A DNA stretch of 64,000 nucleotides from a virus. Of this stretch, positions 1 through 9,120 are shown in pieces. Where the stretch lies: positions 69,835-133,834 of IMG/VR virus record IMGVR_UViG_3300005563_000029; one strand, 5' to 3'. The notes under the pieces were generated by a model. It was not told the origin of the DNA, did not search any database, and saw only the letters and a program-made list of their open reading frames with translations. A program made the position numbers and the translations under genes. Numbering within the stretch: the first letter of the stretch is position 1; the number at the start of each line of letters is the position of its first letter.

Positions 1-137
1 GTGCGGTGAGCCAATTGAGGCGCCGGTCGACCTGAACTCGCCGGAGTGGCGCGGCCACGTGCGGGAGCAGTCCGACGCGTGGATCGCGCTGTGCGACGAC
101 AGCCTGGTTGCGATCGGCAGCACCTCGGAGTCCGACA

Positions 138-428
138 ATGGCAACGGTTGAGAACCGGCCGTTCGCCGGGTACCGCAACGGCGAAGACCCGTGGACCGCG
201 CACTGGCGCTGGTCCGCGGTCGGCGCCGGCATTCTGGTCGGCAACCTCGACCAGATGCACGGCAACGAGCTGGACGGCGGCGGACTGCCAACCGGCAACT
301 GCAAGTGCGGACTACCGGCGCCGTGCCCGACCGCGCAGGCGATCGGCGCCTACCGCGCGAAGCAGTCCAAGCCGTGCACGTGCTGGCGACAGTCGGGCGG
401 CGAGTGTCCGGATCAGGAGGTGTCGTGA
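138..428 (+). CDS. hypothetical Cys-rich phage protein
   Basis: ATG after GGAG; stop overlaps the next gene. Confidence 0.55.
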   Translation: MATVENRPFAGYRNGEDPWTAHWRWSAVGAGILVGNLDQMHGNELDGGGLPTGNCKCGLPAPCPTAQAIGAYRAKQSKPCTCWRQSGGECPDQEVS

Positions 429-790
429 CCGACGTTGAGCGCTTCCAGGCCTCCCGCGTCTACCTGGCGCAGGTCTACGCCGACACCGCGGCGAAGCTGG
501 CGCAAGCAGCGAGCGACAACCCGGCGGCAAACCTGTGGCTCAAGATGTCCGCCTGCTCAACGGCATGGAACGCGCTGGTCGAGATCGACTACATGTGGCG
601 GGCGTCGGTGGTAGCCGGGGATCCGATCGACGACTACTACCGCGAGGGTGCGGAGGCGGGAAACATCCTGACCGTGGAACCTGACGGTCGCTACTTTTCG
701 GACGGGACGTGCTGTCTCTGTGGCGCAGAACGCGGCGGGAACCACAAGTTCATGTGCGGGAACGGCGAAGCCGATAAGGAACGCGCATGA
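425..790 (+). CDS. hypothetical protein with C-terminal Cys/His cluster
   Basis: GTG start after AGGAGG; overlaps both neighbours by 4 nt. Confidence 0.6.
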   Translation: MTDVERFQASRVYLAQVYADTAAKLAQAASDNPAANLWLKMSACSTAWNALVEIDYMWRASVVAGDPIDDYYREGAEAGNILTVEPDGRYFSDGTCCLCGAERGGNHKFMCGNGEADKERA

Positions 791-1299
791 TGCCGACCAG
801 CGTTTGCCCATGCCCGCTGGCCGATTGCGACTGGGAACTGGTCGTACCGCCGCCAGACGAGTGGCAGACGATAGATCCGCACCTGACGCCGGGTGAGGTC
901 GACGAGCAGTTCGGCGGGGACCCGATAGCGGCAGTGGCGTTCGCGACGCTGATGGTGCAGACCAACCGCACCGAACACCAGCTGCGGGAACACTTCGAAT
1001 CCCACGGCATCGAGACGTGGGTGCAGGAGGTCGTGCGGCTGTCCGAAGACTTGCGGCGCCTGAACGCCGGCGGTCCGGGCCCGTCGTGGATCCGCCCGTC
1101 GGACGAGCGCATTGAGAACGCGGTGAAAATGGTGACTGACCTGGTGCGCGCGGTCCGGACGATGAAAGACCTGACCGATGAGGAAGCCGACGCGTGGCAG
1201 CCGTCGAAGTTCACCCGGCGGCAGTGGGAGAGGTTCGCGGACACGGTCCTGCGCGCCGATGCGAAGTGGCGGGCGGCGCATCCCGAGGAGCCTGCGTGA
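787..1299 (+). CDS. hypothetical protein; C-terminal domain shared with 7196-7618
   Basis: ATGA overlap; RPSDERIE...WQPS...VLRADAKWR motif. Confidence 0.7.
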   Translation: MMPTSVCPCPLADCDWELVVPPPDEWQTIDPHLTPGEVDEQFGGDPIAAVAFATLMVQTNRTEHQLREHFESHGIETWVQEVVRLSEDLRRLNAGGPGPSWIRPSDERIENAVKMVTDLVRAVRTMKDLTDEEADAWQPSKFTRRQWERFADTVLRADAKWRAAHPEEPA

Positions 1300-1703
1300 A
1301 CGGCGCGTCTGAGGCGAAGCTGAACTTCTGCGGCGGCATCGGCTTCGACAACCCGGACTGGCCCGGCCCGTGGGGCTGCGGCACCGTCATGCAGGAGGCA
1401 GTTGACGGCATCGTGACGACCCACCTGTGCGCGCTGAGTTGCGACCATACTCACTACCGGGACGAGCCGCACGTGTGCACGTCCGGGCACGAATGGCCCG
1501 TGTGGACGCCGCCGAGGCGTTGGTGGGAGTGGTTGTTGCGCCGACCCTTAAAGGAGCTTCCACGACGCCGTGGGCCGTTCGGGTCGTTCTGGGACGACCT
1601 GAACTGGCACATGGAGAACCCGAAGTTCCGGCGTGCATACGAGGAACACGCGCGGCGGATTCAAGAGGCTGGCAACCAGGGGGCGACCGGCGTTGGCTCC
1701 TAG
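1296..1703 (+). CDS. hypothetical protein
   Basis: GTGA overlap, GAGGAG upstream. Confidence 0.55.
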   Translation: MNGASEAKLNFCGGIGFDNPDWPGPWGCGTVMQEAVDGIVTTHLCALSCDHTHYRDEPHVCTSGHEWPVWTPPRRWWEWLLRRPLKELPRRRGPFGSFWDDLNWHMENPKFRRAYEEHARRIQEAGNQGATGVGS

Positions 1704-1906
1704 CGGGCGATTGCCACATAGGCTGCGCGACAGTCGGGACAGACCGGGCCCGCGGTGTTGAGCCGGTCAATGTCTTCGAACGCAGGGTTCTCCAGGACCA
1801 CATCTCCACACAGTGGCTCATCGTTGTCGACGGCCACGATGTGCCACATCCCAGGCGGCAGGGCCGTGAACCGACTGTGGGCCAGGCGGTAGGTGCTTGT
1901 GCTCAT
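1700..1906 (-). CDS. small CxxC hypothetical protein
   Basis: MSTSTYRL...WHIV...LCG...CPDC. Confidence 0.5.
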   Translation of the reverse strand: MSTSTYRLAHSRFTALPPGMWHIVAVDNDEPLCGDVVLENPAFEDIDRLNTAGPVCPDCRAAYVAIAR

Positions 1907-2032
1907 GCCTTCAGGGTGAGCATGCGAAGCCGTCTCCGGCACCGCCGTTTGGGCGACTGCAACGTGCCATGCCCGGCGACCGCTACGGTGTGACCGTCGC
2001 GCGGGGGTTCGGGCTTTCGAGGGGGTCTTGTC

Positions 2033-2437
2033 GTGCGCCGCATCGTTCTGGTTTGCGCAGCCGCTGTCGCTGCCGCGTTCTACATCGGATGGGCGTCTGG
2101 TGCTGCGGTGGAGAGCGCACGCGCTACGTCGTTCGGCAAGACCGACGTTGACTATCAAGCCGCTGCGGCATTGATGGCGCTGTTTGACCACGCCGACTTC
2201 TCTTCGGTTGACAGCTACACCAACGAACTGAGATGGGTGGCGCCGAAGTGCAATGAGAACGTGGCCGCACTGGCTACCCTGTTCGAGCAGGAAGCAGCGA
2301 GCCAGAGCGCCGCACGCGGCTACAGCATCACCGCCTACCAGATGCTCAACGCTTACAACACGATGACCGCGAAACGAGTCGACGCCGGCAACTGCACTCT
2401 GGAGGTACAGCAGTTCGCGCCGGTACTTGCTCGCTGA
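2033..2437 (+). CDS. putative secreted or membrane-anchored protein
   Basis: Basic then hydrophobic N-terminus (RRIVLVCAAAVAAAFYIGW). Confidence 0.6.
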   Translation: MRRIVLVCAAAVAAAFYIGWASGAAVESARATSFGKTDVDYQAAAALMALFDHADFSSVDSYTNELRWVAPKCNENVAALATLFEQEAASQSAARGYSITAYQMLNAYNTMTAKRVDAGNCTLEVQQFAPVLAR

Positions 2438-2443
2438 CGCAGG

Positions 2444-4269
2444 TTAGGTGGCGATGGGAACTCCAAGCGCTGCCGCAACGAACCGAACCTCTCGGCACGG
2501 AAGCTCCTCACCGCAACCAAGGCAGGTCGCGTTGCCCGCCGGATGGCAGCCGAGAACCGCGGTGATCGCCGATCGCATGGCGTCGATGTCCGGCTGGGAG
2601 TAGCCCTCACAGCAGCCAAAGCGGGCCATCTTCGCGTGGATCCTAGTGACTAGTTCGTGATGGCGAGTTGCGGCATCAGTCATGGTCGGCGGCCTTCCGC
2701 GGGCGCCGGAACGTGGCCCGTTCGCCGGATTCCAGCGCCTTCCGCAGCGCCTCGATCGTTTCGAGGGGCAGCGGTGCGTTGACCTTCTCTGCGTAGCTGG
2801 GGCCGTCGTCTTCGTCTTCGTCGGGCAGTTCATGAGAATCACTCATCTTCACACGCCAAGTGTGCACCCGACCTGCGATCATTGGCGTACCCTCACCACA
2901 TGAGCTGGAACGACGTGGTCGGCAGCGTCACGATCACCATTTACTCGGCGAAGGCGCAGACCCGCTACCGCCTGATCGATCAGCGCGGCGTGGACCTGGC
3001 TGCGGCCACCACGAAGGTTCGGGTCGAGGTGGACCCATATCGGGGCACGCTGGCGTACCTGATGATGGTGGTGAACCCTGCGGTGGGCGCGGTGGTGAAC
3101 GGCGGCGTCAAAGGCGTGGAGTCCGAGTTTTGCTACACGGTGCGGTCCATCCAGACTGACCACTCCGAGATGGCGGCGGCCTGATGTACCGGATCAGCGT
3201 CCATTGCGAAGCAGGCGGCGTCCTCGGCTTCTGCGGCGAAGCGGGCTGGACCGCCGACACGCTGAACGGGGAGATCCCACCGGAGTTCCTTGACGATCTG
3301 GCAAGGCGCGGCTGGGCCGAGCACGATGGCAAGTACTACTGCCGCAGGCACGATCCGGCCAAGCAGGGTGTGAGAGTCGCTGTCGGGCTGGAGTACGTCG
3401 AGATTGCGCCGGGTGTCCGCGCACGCTGGCCCGGCGCCATCGCGGAGGGCGACTTGTTCCCGATCGAGGTGCAGGTTGACGAGCCGCGCTGACGCGGCGT
3501 GGTACACCCTCGTTGTTGACGACCTGCGCCGCATCGTCATCGAGCATAATTTCCCGGCCTGTGCATGGTTGGTCCACGGCAAGGACATCGACCCTGCTGA
3601 CTTCGCGACGTCGCTGGCCGGCTTCATCAGGCAGTGCATCGAACACGACGCGGCGTGCTTTGCGAGCCAGCGAATGACGCCCGTGGCATGATCGGCGGCG
3701 TGACCGACTCTCCCGCCTTCGCCGACCTGGTTGACCTGAAGCGCCAATTCATCGCGCTCACCGAGCAGCAGAAGATCCTTGCTGACGCCATGCCGGCGCC
3801 GACCGCGATTGTCGCCGGCGAAGCCGCACCCACCGACGAACAGGTCGCCGAGTGGGACCGCGTCAGGGCCGAGCTCAGCTATCTGGCTGTGCGGATCGAC
3901 AACCACGAGGCGTTCGACAACACGTCGCAGATTGAGCACTACCAGCTGGCCACAGAAGCATCGAAAGCGGCGCGCAGCAACGCATAGCAGTCGGCCGTTC
4001 AGGTGCCGTACCCGCTGGCCTGGCGTGCTGTCTACGCGCCAGAGGTGGACGCTGAAGGCATGGACCACGGGTATCAGAGGCTCGACACCGACCGGTACCG
4101 CCTTCACATCCTCATGCACGACGGCGGGGCAACGCAGTGCGGAGGGTTCAGCGGCGACCAGCTGAAGCCGGCCATTGAGCCAGCTGGATCGCCCAGCGTA
4201 GACGTTTGCCTCATGTGCGCCATACGTGAGGCGGATGATGTGTACAAGAACGGCGGTCAGGCAGAGTAG
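2444..4269. other. six small hypothetical CDS: 2444-2683(-), 2676-2846(-), 2900-3184(+), 3184-3492(+), 3688-3987(+), 4003-4269(+)
   Basis: Plausible amino-acid composition and tight packing; no recognisable motif. Confidence 0.5.
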
Positions 4270-4541
4270 CCGGGCGGTACCGGGTCGACGGGCAGGATCA
4301 GCGCCGGGTTAAAGACTGCCCACGTGGACTGCTGCCACCCGTCGTGCATGCCCGCGCCGGCGTGGTCGATGTGGGCCACCCATCGGCCGTCTGTGAGGTG
4401 GATCCAGGCGCGCAGGACACCCACGTGCCAGGTGCCGCCGGTACGGAAGTGCACCGGCCGCCATGTGGTGATCCACCGGGTGATGTCGCCGTCGGCGGGT
4501 GCGCGGGGGAGAGTTTCGAGGTCGGGCGGCTCGGTGGACAC
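4257..4541 (-). CDS. small Trp-rich hypothetical protein, probably leaderless and SOS-regulated
   Basis: GTG start a few nt after a TATTTT -10-like hexamer and an SOS-like box. Confidence 0.6.
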   Translation of the reverse strand: MSTEPPDLETLPRAPADGDITRWITTWRPVHFRTGGTWHVGVLRAWIHLTDGRWVAHIDHAGAGMHDGWQQSTWAVFNPALILPVDPVPPGYSA

Positions 4542-4553
4542 CCACCCAAAATA

Positions 4554-4569
4554 TCGAACGCACGTTTCC
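4554..4569. promoter_or_regulatory. LexA/SOS-box-like site
   Basis: TCGAAC-GCAC-GTTTCC versus actinobacterial consensus TCGAAC-N4-GTTCGA (3 mismatches in one arm); lies between divergent genes, upstream of ku. Confidence 0.55.
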
Positions 4570-4643
4570 ATGCGGTCTAGAGGTGGTGCGTAATCGGCCT
4601 TGATCTGCCTATAGTCCATCCATAGGTGGATATAGGAGGCGGC

Positions 4644-5483
4644 ATGCCCAGTGCAGTCTGGTCCGGAGCGATCTCATTCTCGCTCGTAAGCGTGCCCGTG
4701 CAGCTATACAGCGTTGCGGAGTCCGTCGGGCCCGAACTTCACCAATACCACGCCGAAGATGGCGGCCGGATCCGCTACAAGCGCATCTGCGAAATCGACC
4801 AGACCGACGTGCGCCTCGAAGACATCGCCCGCGGCTACCCCGTCGGCGACGACACGATCGTCATCACCGACCGGGACCTGGACGAGCTGCCCGACGTCAT
4901 CAAGAAAACGATCACCATCGAAGCGTTCGTCCGGGAAGACCAGATCGACCCCATCCAGTACCGCAAGGCCTACTTCATCTCGCCCGAGAAGGCCGGGATC
5001 CGGCCCTACGTACTCATGCGCGACGCCCTGGCCAAGGCAGGCCGTGCAGCGGTCACCCGGTTCGCCATGCGCGAACGCGAAAGTCTCGCACTGGTCAGGG
5101 CAGACGGTGACCTGCTGGTTCTGGAGACGATGTTTTGGCCAGACGAGGTGAGGGCGAATCCGGTCGAGGCGCCGGCGCCGGTCGAGGACGCCGCTGAGTT
5201 GAAGGCGATGACCGACCTGATCGCCGCAATGTCTGACGACTTCAAGCCCGAGCAGTACCGCAACGAGTATGCGAAGGCGTTGCAGGAGGTCATCGACGCC
5301 AAGGCGGAAGGTCGCGAGGTGAAACGGCCGCCCGCGCCGGCGCCGGAGGTGGCCGGGAAGGTCGGGGATCTGCTGTCGGCGCTGCGGGAGTCGGTCGACC
5401 GGGCCAAGCAGACCCGCGCGGACGAGCACAAGCCGGCGTCGAAGAAACGCGCAGCGAAGAAGAGGGCATCGAAGGCTGCCTGA
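4644..5483 (+). CDS. ku: Ku DNA end-binding protein (NHEJ)
   Basis: WSGAISFSLVSVPV, DGGRIRYKRIC, TMFWPDEVR, FKPEQYRNEY, basic C-terminal tail; AGGAGG RBS. Confidence 0.97.
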   Translation: MPSAVWSGAISFSLVSVPVQLYSVAESVGPELHQYHAEDGGRIRYKRICEIDQTDVRLEDIARGYPVGDDTIVITDRDLDELPDVIKKTITIEAFVREDQIDPIQYRKAYFISPEKAGIRPYVLMRDALAKAGRAAVTRFAMRERESLALVRADGDLLVLETMFWPDEVRANPVEAPAPVEDAAELKAMTDLIAAMSDDFKPEQYRNEYAKALQEVIDAKAEGREVKRPPAPAPEVAGKVGDLLSALRESVDRAKQTRADEHKPASKKRAAKKRASKAA

Positions 5484-5507
5484 CCTGCCAGTTCAATCGG
5501 TTTCCGG

Positions 5508-6323
5508 TTGACAGCGACGGTTGCGCGGGCAAGAGTATCGCTCGTGGGACTAGCTCAAAGGTTCGAATCCGGCGATGCGCCTGACCGGGCCGCCGCACTC
5601 GAAACACTCCGCACCCACCTGCACGACACCGGCACCACCCCCGAGGAACGGCACCGCGGACCCGCAGACGGCGGCGCGATACCCGTCCTCGAACCGCTCC
5701 GGCCACTCATCCCCGGCGGCGTACTACAGCGCGGCACCATCGTCTCCGTCGGCTCCGCAACACACCCGCAAACACTCAGCCACCTGGAGTTGGCGCTCAT
5801 CGCAGGCGCCACGGCAGGCGGGGCGTGGGCCGGCGTGATCGGGTGCCCCGGCTTCGGGATACGTGCCGCGTCGGACCTTGGTGCGGACCTGTCGCGGGTT
5901 CTGCTGCTGGACGAGCCGGGCGATCAGTGGCCCAGGGCGCTGGCTGTGATGGCGGGTGCGGTTGATGTGGTGCTGCTGCGACCGCCGCGCCAGCCGACAG
6001 CGACGCAGCTGCGGCAGGTGGCCTCCCGGGTCCGTGCCACTGAGCGGCAGCGCGGCGCGGTGCTGGTGACGGTCGGGCCGTGGGACGGGGCGCACCTGCG
6101 GCTGCGGACGCGCGGAGCCGACTGGGGCGGGCTGGGCGACGGCACCGGGCATCTGACCGGGCGGCGGGTCACCGTGAGCGCGGAAGGGCGCGGGATCGGT
6201 GGGGAACGCAGCGCGGAGTTGTGGCTGCCTGCGGCGGACGGGGCGGTGCGTGAGTACGTGCCCGTCGACAGTGAGCTAACGGCGCCGGTCGAGCCGCGAC
6301 GGCCGCAACTGCGAGCCGTTTAG
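5508..6323 (+). CDS. ImuA'-like (Rv3395c-type) inactive RecA-fold protein
   Basis: IPVLEPLRPLIPGGVLQRG, GGAWAGVIG..GFGIRAASDLGADLSRV, WGGLGDGTGHL; no Walker A lysine; start uncertain. Confidence 0.8.
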   Translation: MTATVARARVSLVGLAQRFESGDAPDRAAALETLRTHLHDTGTTPEERHRGPADGGAIPVLEPLRPLIPGGVLQRGTIVSVGSATHPQTLSHLELALIAGATAGGAWAGVIGCPGFGIRAASDLGADLSRVLLLDEPGDQWPRALAVMAGAVDVVLLRPPRQPTATQLRQVASRVRATERQRGAVLVTVGPWDGAHLRLRTRGADWGGLGDGTGHLTGRRVTVSAEGRGIGGERSAELWLPAADGAVREYVPVDSELTAPVEPRRPQLRAV

Positions 6324-6324
6324 G

Positions 6325-6443
6325 TGGAGGTTAGGACGGCGGACTCGAACCGCCATCTTCCGGTCGTCTCACCAAAGAGATCATTTCGCCAGTGCCATGG
6401 ATGGCGGGTGACCGGCTGTCTTGCCCGTTAGACGATTAGCCCA
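6325..6443 (-). ncRNA. tRNA-like element with a large branched insertion in the anticodon arm
   Basis: Minus strand: D-arm-like GTCT-AACGGGCA-AGAC, stem CCGGTC/GACCGG, T arm GGCGG-TTCGAGT-CCGCC, terminal CCA; acceptor stem irregular. Confidence 0.6.
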
Positions 6444-6565
6444 CGACAAGGCCATGCTAGCCGGTCGGCGCCCCTACGGCGCAGCGAGCCGTGCAGAGGA
6501 TGAGACAATAGCCTTACCGTCCCCGGCACCCGGCAGGGGCGCCTCCAAACGCTCAGGGGACGGCA

Positions 6566-6799
6566 ATGCGCTTCCGAACCATACGGGAGCGCCCCCACGA
6601 GGAGAGACCCGTGCACGCCGCGCCGTCCATCTCCAGCATCGTTGTAGCGCTGACAATCAGACCGCCCGAGAAACTACCAGCTGGCATCCACGCCGACGAC
6701 GTCCTGGAGGACCTCCGCGAGATCGTGGAGGAGTCCGTAGAGCACTGGTGGGAGCACCTCGGGTACGAGTACTGCGAGACGCTGCCAGACGTTGCCTGA
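6566..6799 (+). CDS. acidic hypothetical protein
   Basis: ORF with plausible composition; start uncertain. Confidence 0.45.
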   Translation: MRFRTIRERPHEERPVHAAPSISSIVVALTIRPPEKLPAGIHADDVLEDLREIVEESVEHWWEHLGYEYCETLPDVA

Positions 6800-7195
6800 G
6801 CAGGCGTATCCTCAGGTTTGGGTTATTCGGCGCCGCCCGGATGACGGCGCACCGCCCCGGCCGGTCCGGAAGGTCACCCGGCCGGGGCATCCCAAAGGAC
6901 TCCCAACAGGAACGTCACACAAGGGAAGGGATGGATCAGGCCCCGCCCGCGGCGGCTTGTCCTGGCCGGTTCTGGCAACCGCAAGCCAGCCCTGACGTTC
7001 CGCCCCACGATGAGGCCCCGGGTGCGCGCCGCGGATGGCGCCCGGGGCCGACCCCTTTCCCGGCGGCGTTAAAACGATCTGGGCCACCTGCGGACACTAA
7101 TGAGTAGCGGGTGCTCCTCGTGGCGGGTCCGCCGCCTGCTCTGGCCGGGACTTCCGGCGGCGGACCCAACCCCTTACATCCGGCACCATAGGTTC

Positions 7196-7618
7196 ATGGA
7201 CCGTACAGACGTCGTCTTTGCCAGAATCGGCTGCGCCGGGACCGTGCACATCGGAACGCAGGAATACAGGAACGACCAAGAACTGTACGACCTGCTCTCG
7301 GCCGCATTCGGAGACCTGCTGGCCGGCTGGGAACAAGGCGACTCGCTATACCTCGGAGTCGCGATCGGCATGACCCGCATCGACATGCCAGAACGCCCGA
7401 AGCAGCGTCTGCGGCCATCCGAGGAACGTATCGAAGCCGGCGTTGAAGGGCTGATCGAGATGGTGCAGGTCGCGAAGTCGTTGCACGAGCCGTTCAGCGA
7501 GACCGACAACGACTGGCAACCCAGCAGGCAGGCACGCCAGCGGCTGGAAACGCTGGTCGAGCACGTGCTGCGGCGCGATGCTAAGTGGCGGGACGAACAT
7601 CCCGAGGCGGAATGGTAG
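7196..7618 (+). CDS. hypothetical protein; C-terminal domain shared with 787-1299
   Basis: RPSEERIE...WQPS...VLRRDAKWR. Confidence 0.7.
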   Translation: MDRTDVVFARIGCAGTVHIGTQEYRNDQELYDLLSAAFGDLLAGWEQGDSLYLGVAIGMTRIDMPERPKQRLRPSEERIEAGVEGLIEMVQVAKSLHEPFSETDNDWQPSRQARQRLETLVEHVLRRDAKWRDEHPEAEW

Positions 7619-7864
7619 GAGACGAAAAGCCCCGCCACTTGGCGAACCGAGGGCGGGGAACAATCGTCCGCCGCTATGCCAGGCGTCCTGGGTGCCGTCG
7701 TTTCCGGCGGCAGAGGCGGAGCAGGACCAGCGTACTCTTGGTGTCGGCCTGAGGCGCGCAAGCGGTCGCGACGGCATGCATACCAGACCGGCGAAGCTGC
7801 CCGACACCCCCGCGAAAGCCTTTGAAGCCTGCGCAGGTGGCGACGGTAACGGGAAGGACGGGCG

Positions 7865-8365
7865 ATGGACCTCAGGCTGGAAGATCTGCGGATAGACGTG
7901 TTCAGCAACTCAGCAGCTGCGCACACGCGCGTCACCCACCTCCCTACCGGTGTTGAGACTGTTGGTCACGATCCGGATCACCCAGCAAGCCACCTTGCCG
8001 CGAGGCGGATGGCCATGGATGACCTGCGAGATGCGCTGGAACGACGCAAATACCAGATCCCCGCCCACCTCGTGTTCGTCGGCGCCGGCTGGCATTCGAT
8101 CCTGAACCGGCTGCACGAGCAGGTCGTCGCGCTGGTGCCCGAATACCGCGTGTCACAGGTGAAGGAGAAGCACGGCGAGCTGCGCGTGTACCTCAGCCTC
8201 GACCCGCACCTTGACGGCCACATCACTGCGGCAGTGAACACGCGGGTGCATGAGCTGTTGGACGCGGCCGAGAACGAGTCGCGGCGGACGTGCGAGGAGT
8301 GCGGGAATCCAGGCGGCCCGGTCGGCGCCGGATGGGTTAAGGCGCCCTGCTCAACCTGCGCCTAA
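7865..8365 (+). CDS. GGQ-less class I release-factor-like domain fused to a phage QVKEKxGxLRxY/CxxC domain
   Basis: EDLRIDVF...RVTHLPTG...SHLAARRMAMDDL; then GWHSIL...QVKEKHGELRVY...AENESRRTCEECG. Confidence 0.7.
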   Translation: MDLRLEDLRIDVFSNSAAAHTRVTHLPTGVETVGHDPDHPASHLAARRMAMDDLRDALERRKYQIPAHLVFVGAGWHSILNRLHEQVVALVPEYRVSQVKEKHGELRVYLSLDPHLDGHITAAVNTRVHELLDAAENESRRTCEECGNPGGPVGAGWVKAPCSTCA

Positions 8366-8574
8366 TCGTCGCTGACGACCGGTTCGGCTGCGGCTATGCC
8401 CTTCGCCATGTGAAACGCGGTGACGACGCGTTCGGCGGCGTCCTTGATGCCGGGCTCAGGCGGGCACTCGATCAGCCTGACGCCCGACTTGTCGAAGGCT
8501 TTGGCGAGCACGTCCTACTGGTATTCGTTGGCGATGTGAATCAGGCGCCCGCCGGGCGGGAACGGTTCGGTCAC
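8362..8574 (-). pseudogene. small gene with an internal in-frame TAG
   Basis: VTEPFPPGGRLIHIANEYQ*DVLAKAFDKSG...; frame stays open for 50 codons after the TAG at 8515-8517. Confidence 0.4.
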
Positions 8575-8743
8575 TGCTGACCACCTTCGACCCACAGGAG
8601 AATGTCGGCGTACTTTGGTTGCTCGGCGACCGCCCTGATCTCGGCGGCGAGTTCGTTCAGGAGCTGGCGGTCTGTCTCGTCGCGTTCGCTGTTGTGATCG
8701 GACAGGGTCACGACCACACGGATCTCCTCTTGCTGGCGGCTCA

Positions 8744-9010
8744 TCAGTCCTCCTCGGTGGTTTTCGGCTTCGGCTTGCCGCCGGTGCGGCCTTCGCTGAT
8801 CTGTTGAACGCGGTTGCGGTCGAGCCCAAGAAGCTTGCCGATCTCAGCCAAGCTCTTGCCGTCACTACGGAGTTCCTGAACTGCACCTTGGCGAATGCGT
8901 CGGGCTTCGGGCATGGCCTTGGTGCGGATCTCTTCCAAAAAACCGGCTGCCCGTTTGGCGCGTTCAACGGGGTCGGGGATCGCAGCAACGTCCGCGAGAG
9001 CTTCATTCAT
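8744..9010 (-). CDS. small HTH DNA-binding protein
   Basis: SLAEIGKLLGLDRNRVQQI; GGAGG RBS. Confidence 0.85.
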   Translation of the reverse strand: MNEALADVAAIPDPVERAKRAAGFLEEIRTKAMPEARRIRQGAVQELRSDGKSLAEIGKLLGLDRNRVQQISEGRTGGKPKPKTTEED

Positions 9011-9039
9011 CTTGTCCTCCGGTGTAATCACGGAACCAG

Positions 9040-9083
9040 TGTAGTGGGTACGCTTGACACTGTAGTGGGTACCAACTACAGTG
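9040..9083 (+). promoter_or_regulatory. sigma70-type promoter with operator repeats
   Basis: TTGACA (9054)-17 nt-TACAGT (9077); direct repeat TGTAGTGGGTAC at 9040 and 9061; inverted repeat CACTGTAGT/ACTACAGTG. Confidence 0.8.
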
Positions 9084-9120
9084 AGAAGTGTCAGAGGGCA
9101 GCGAAACCAGGGAGACCGAG

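Noticed and set aside
6800-7190. GC-rich intergenic stretch with possible hairpins as another ncRNA
   Set aside because: I could not find a specific motif or convincing long-range pairing beyond what the GC content predicts.
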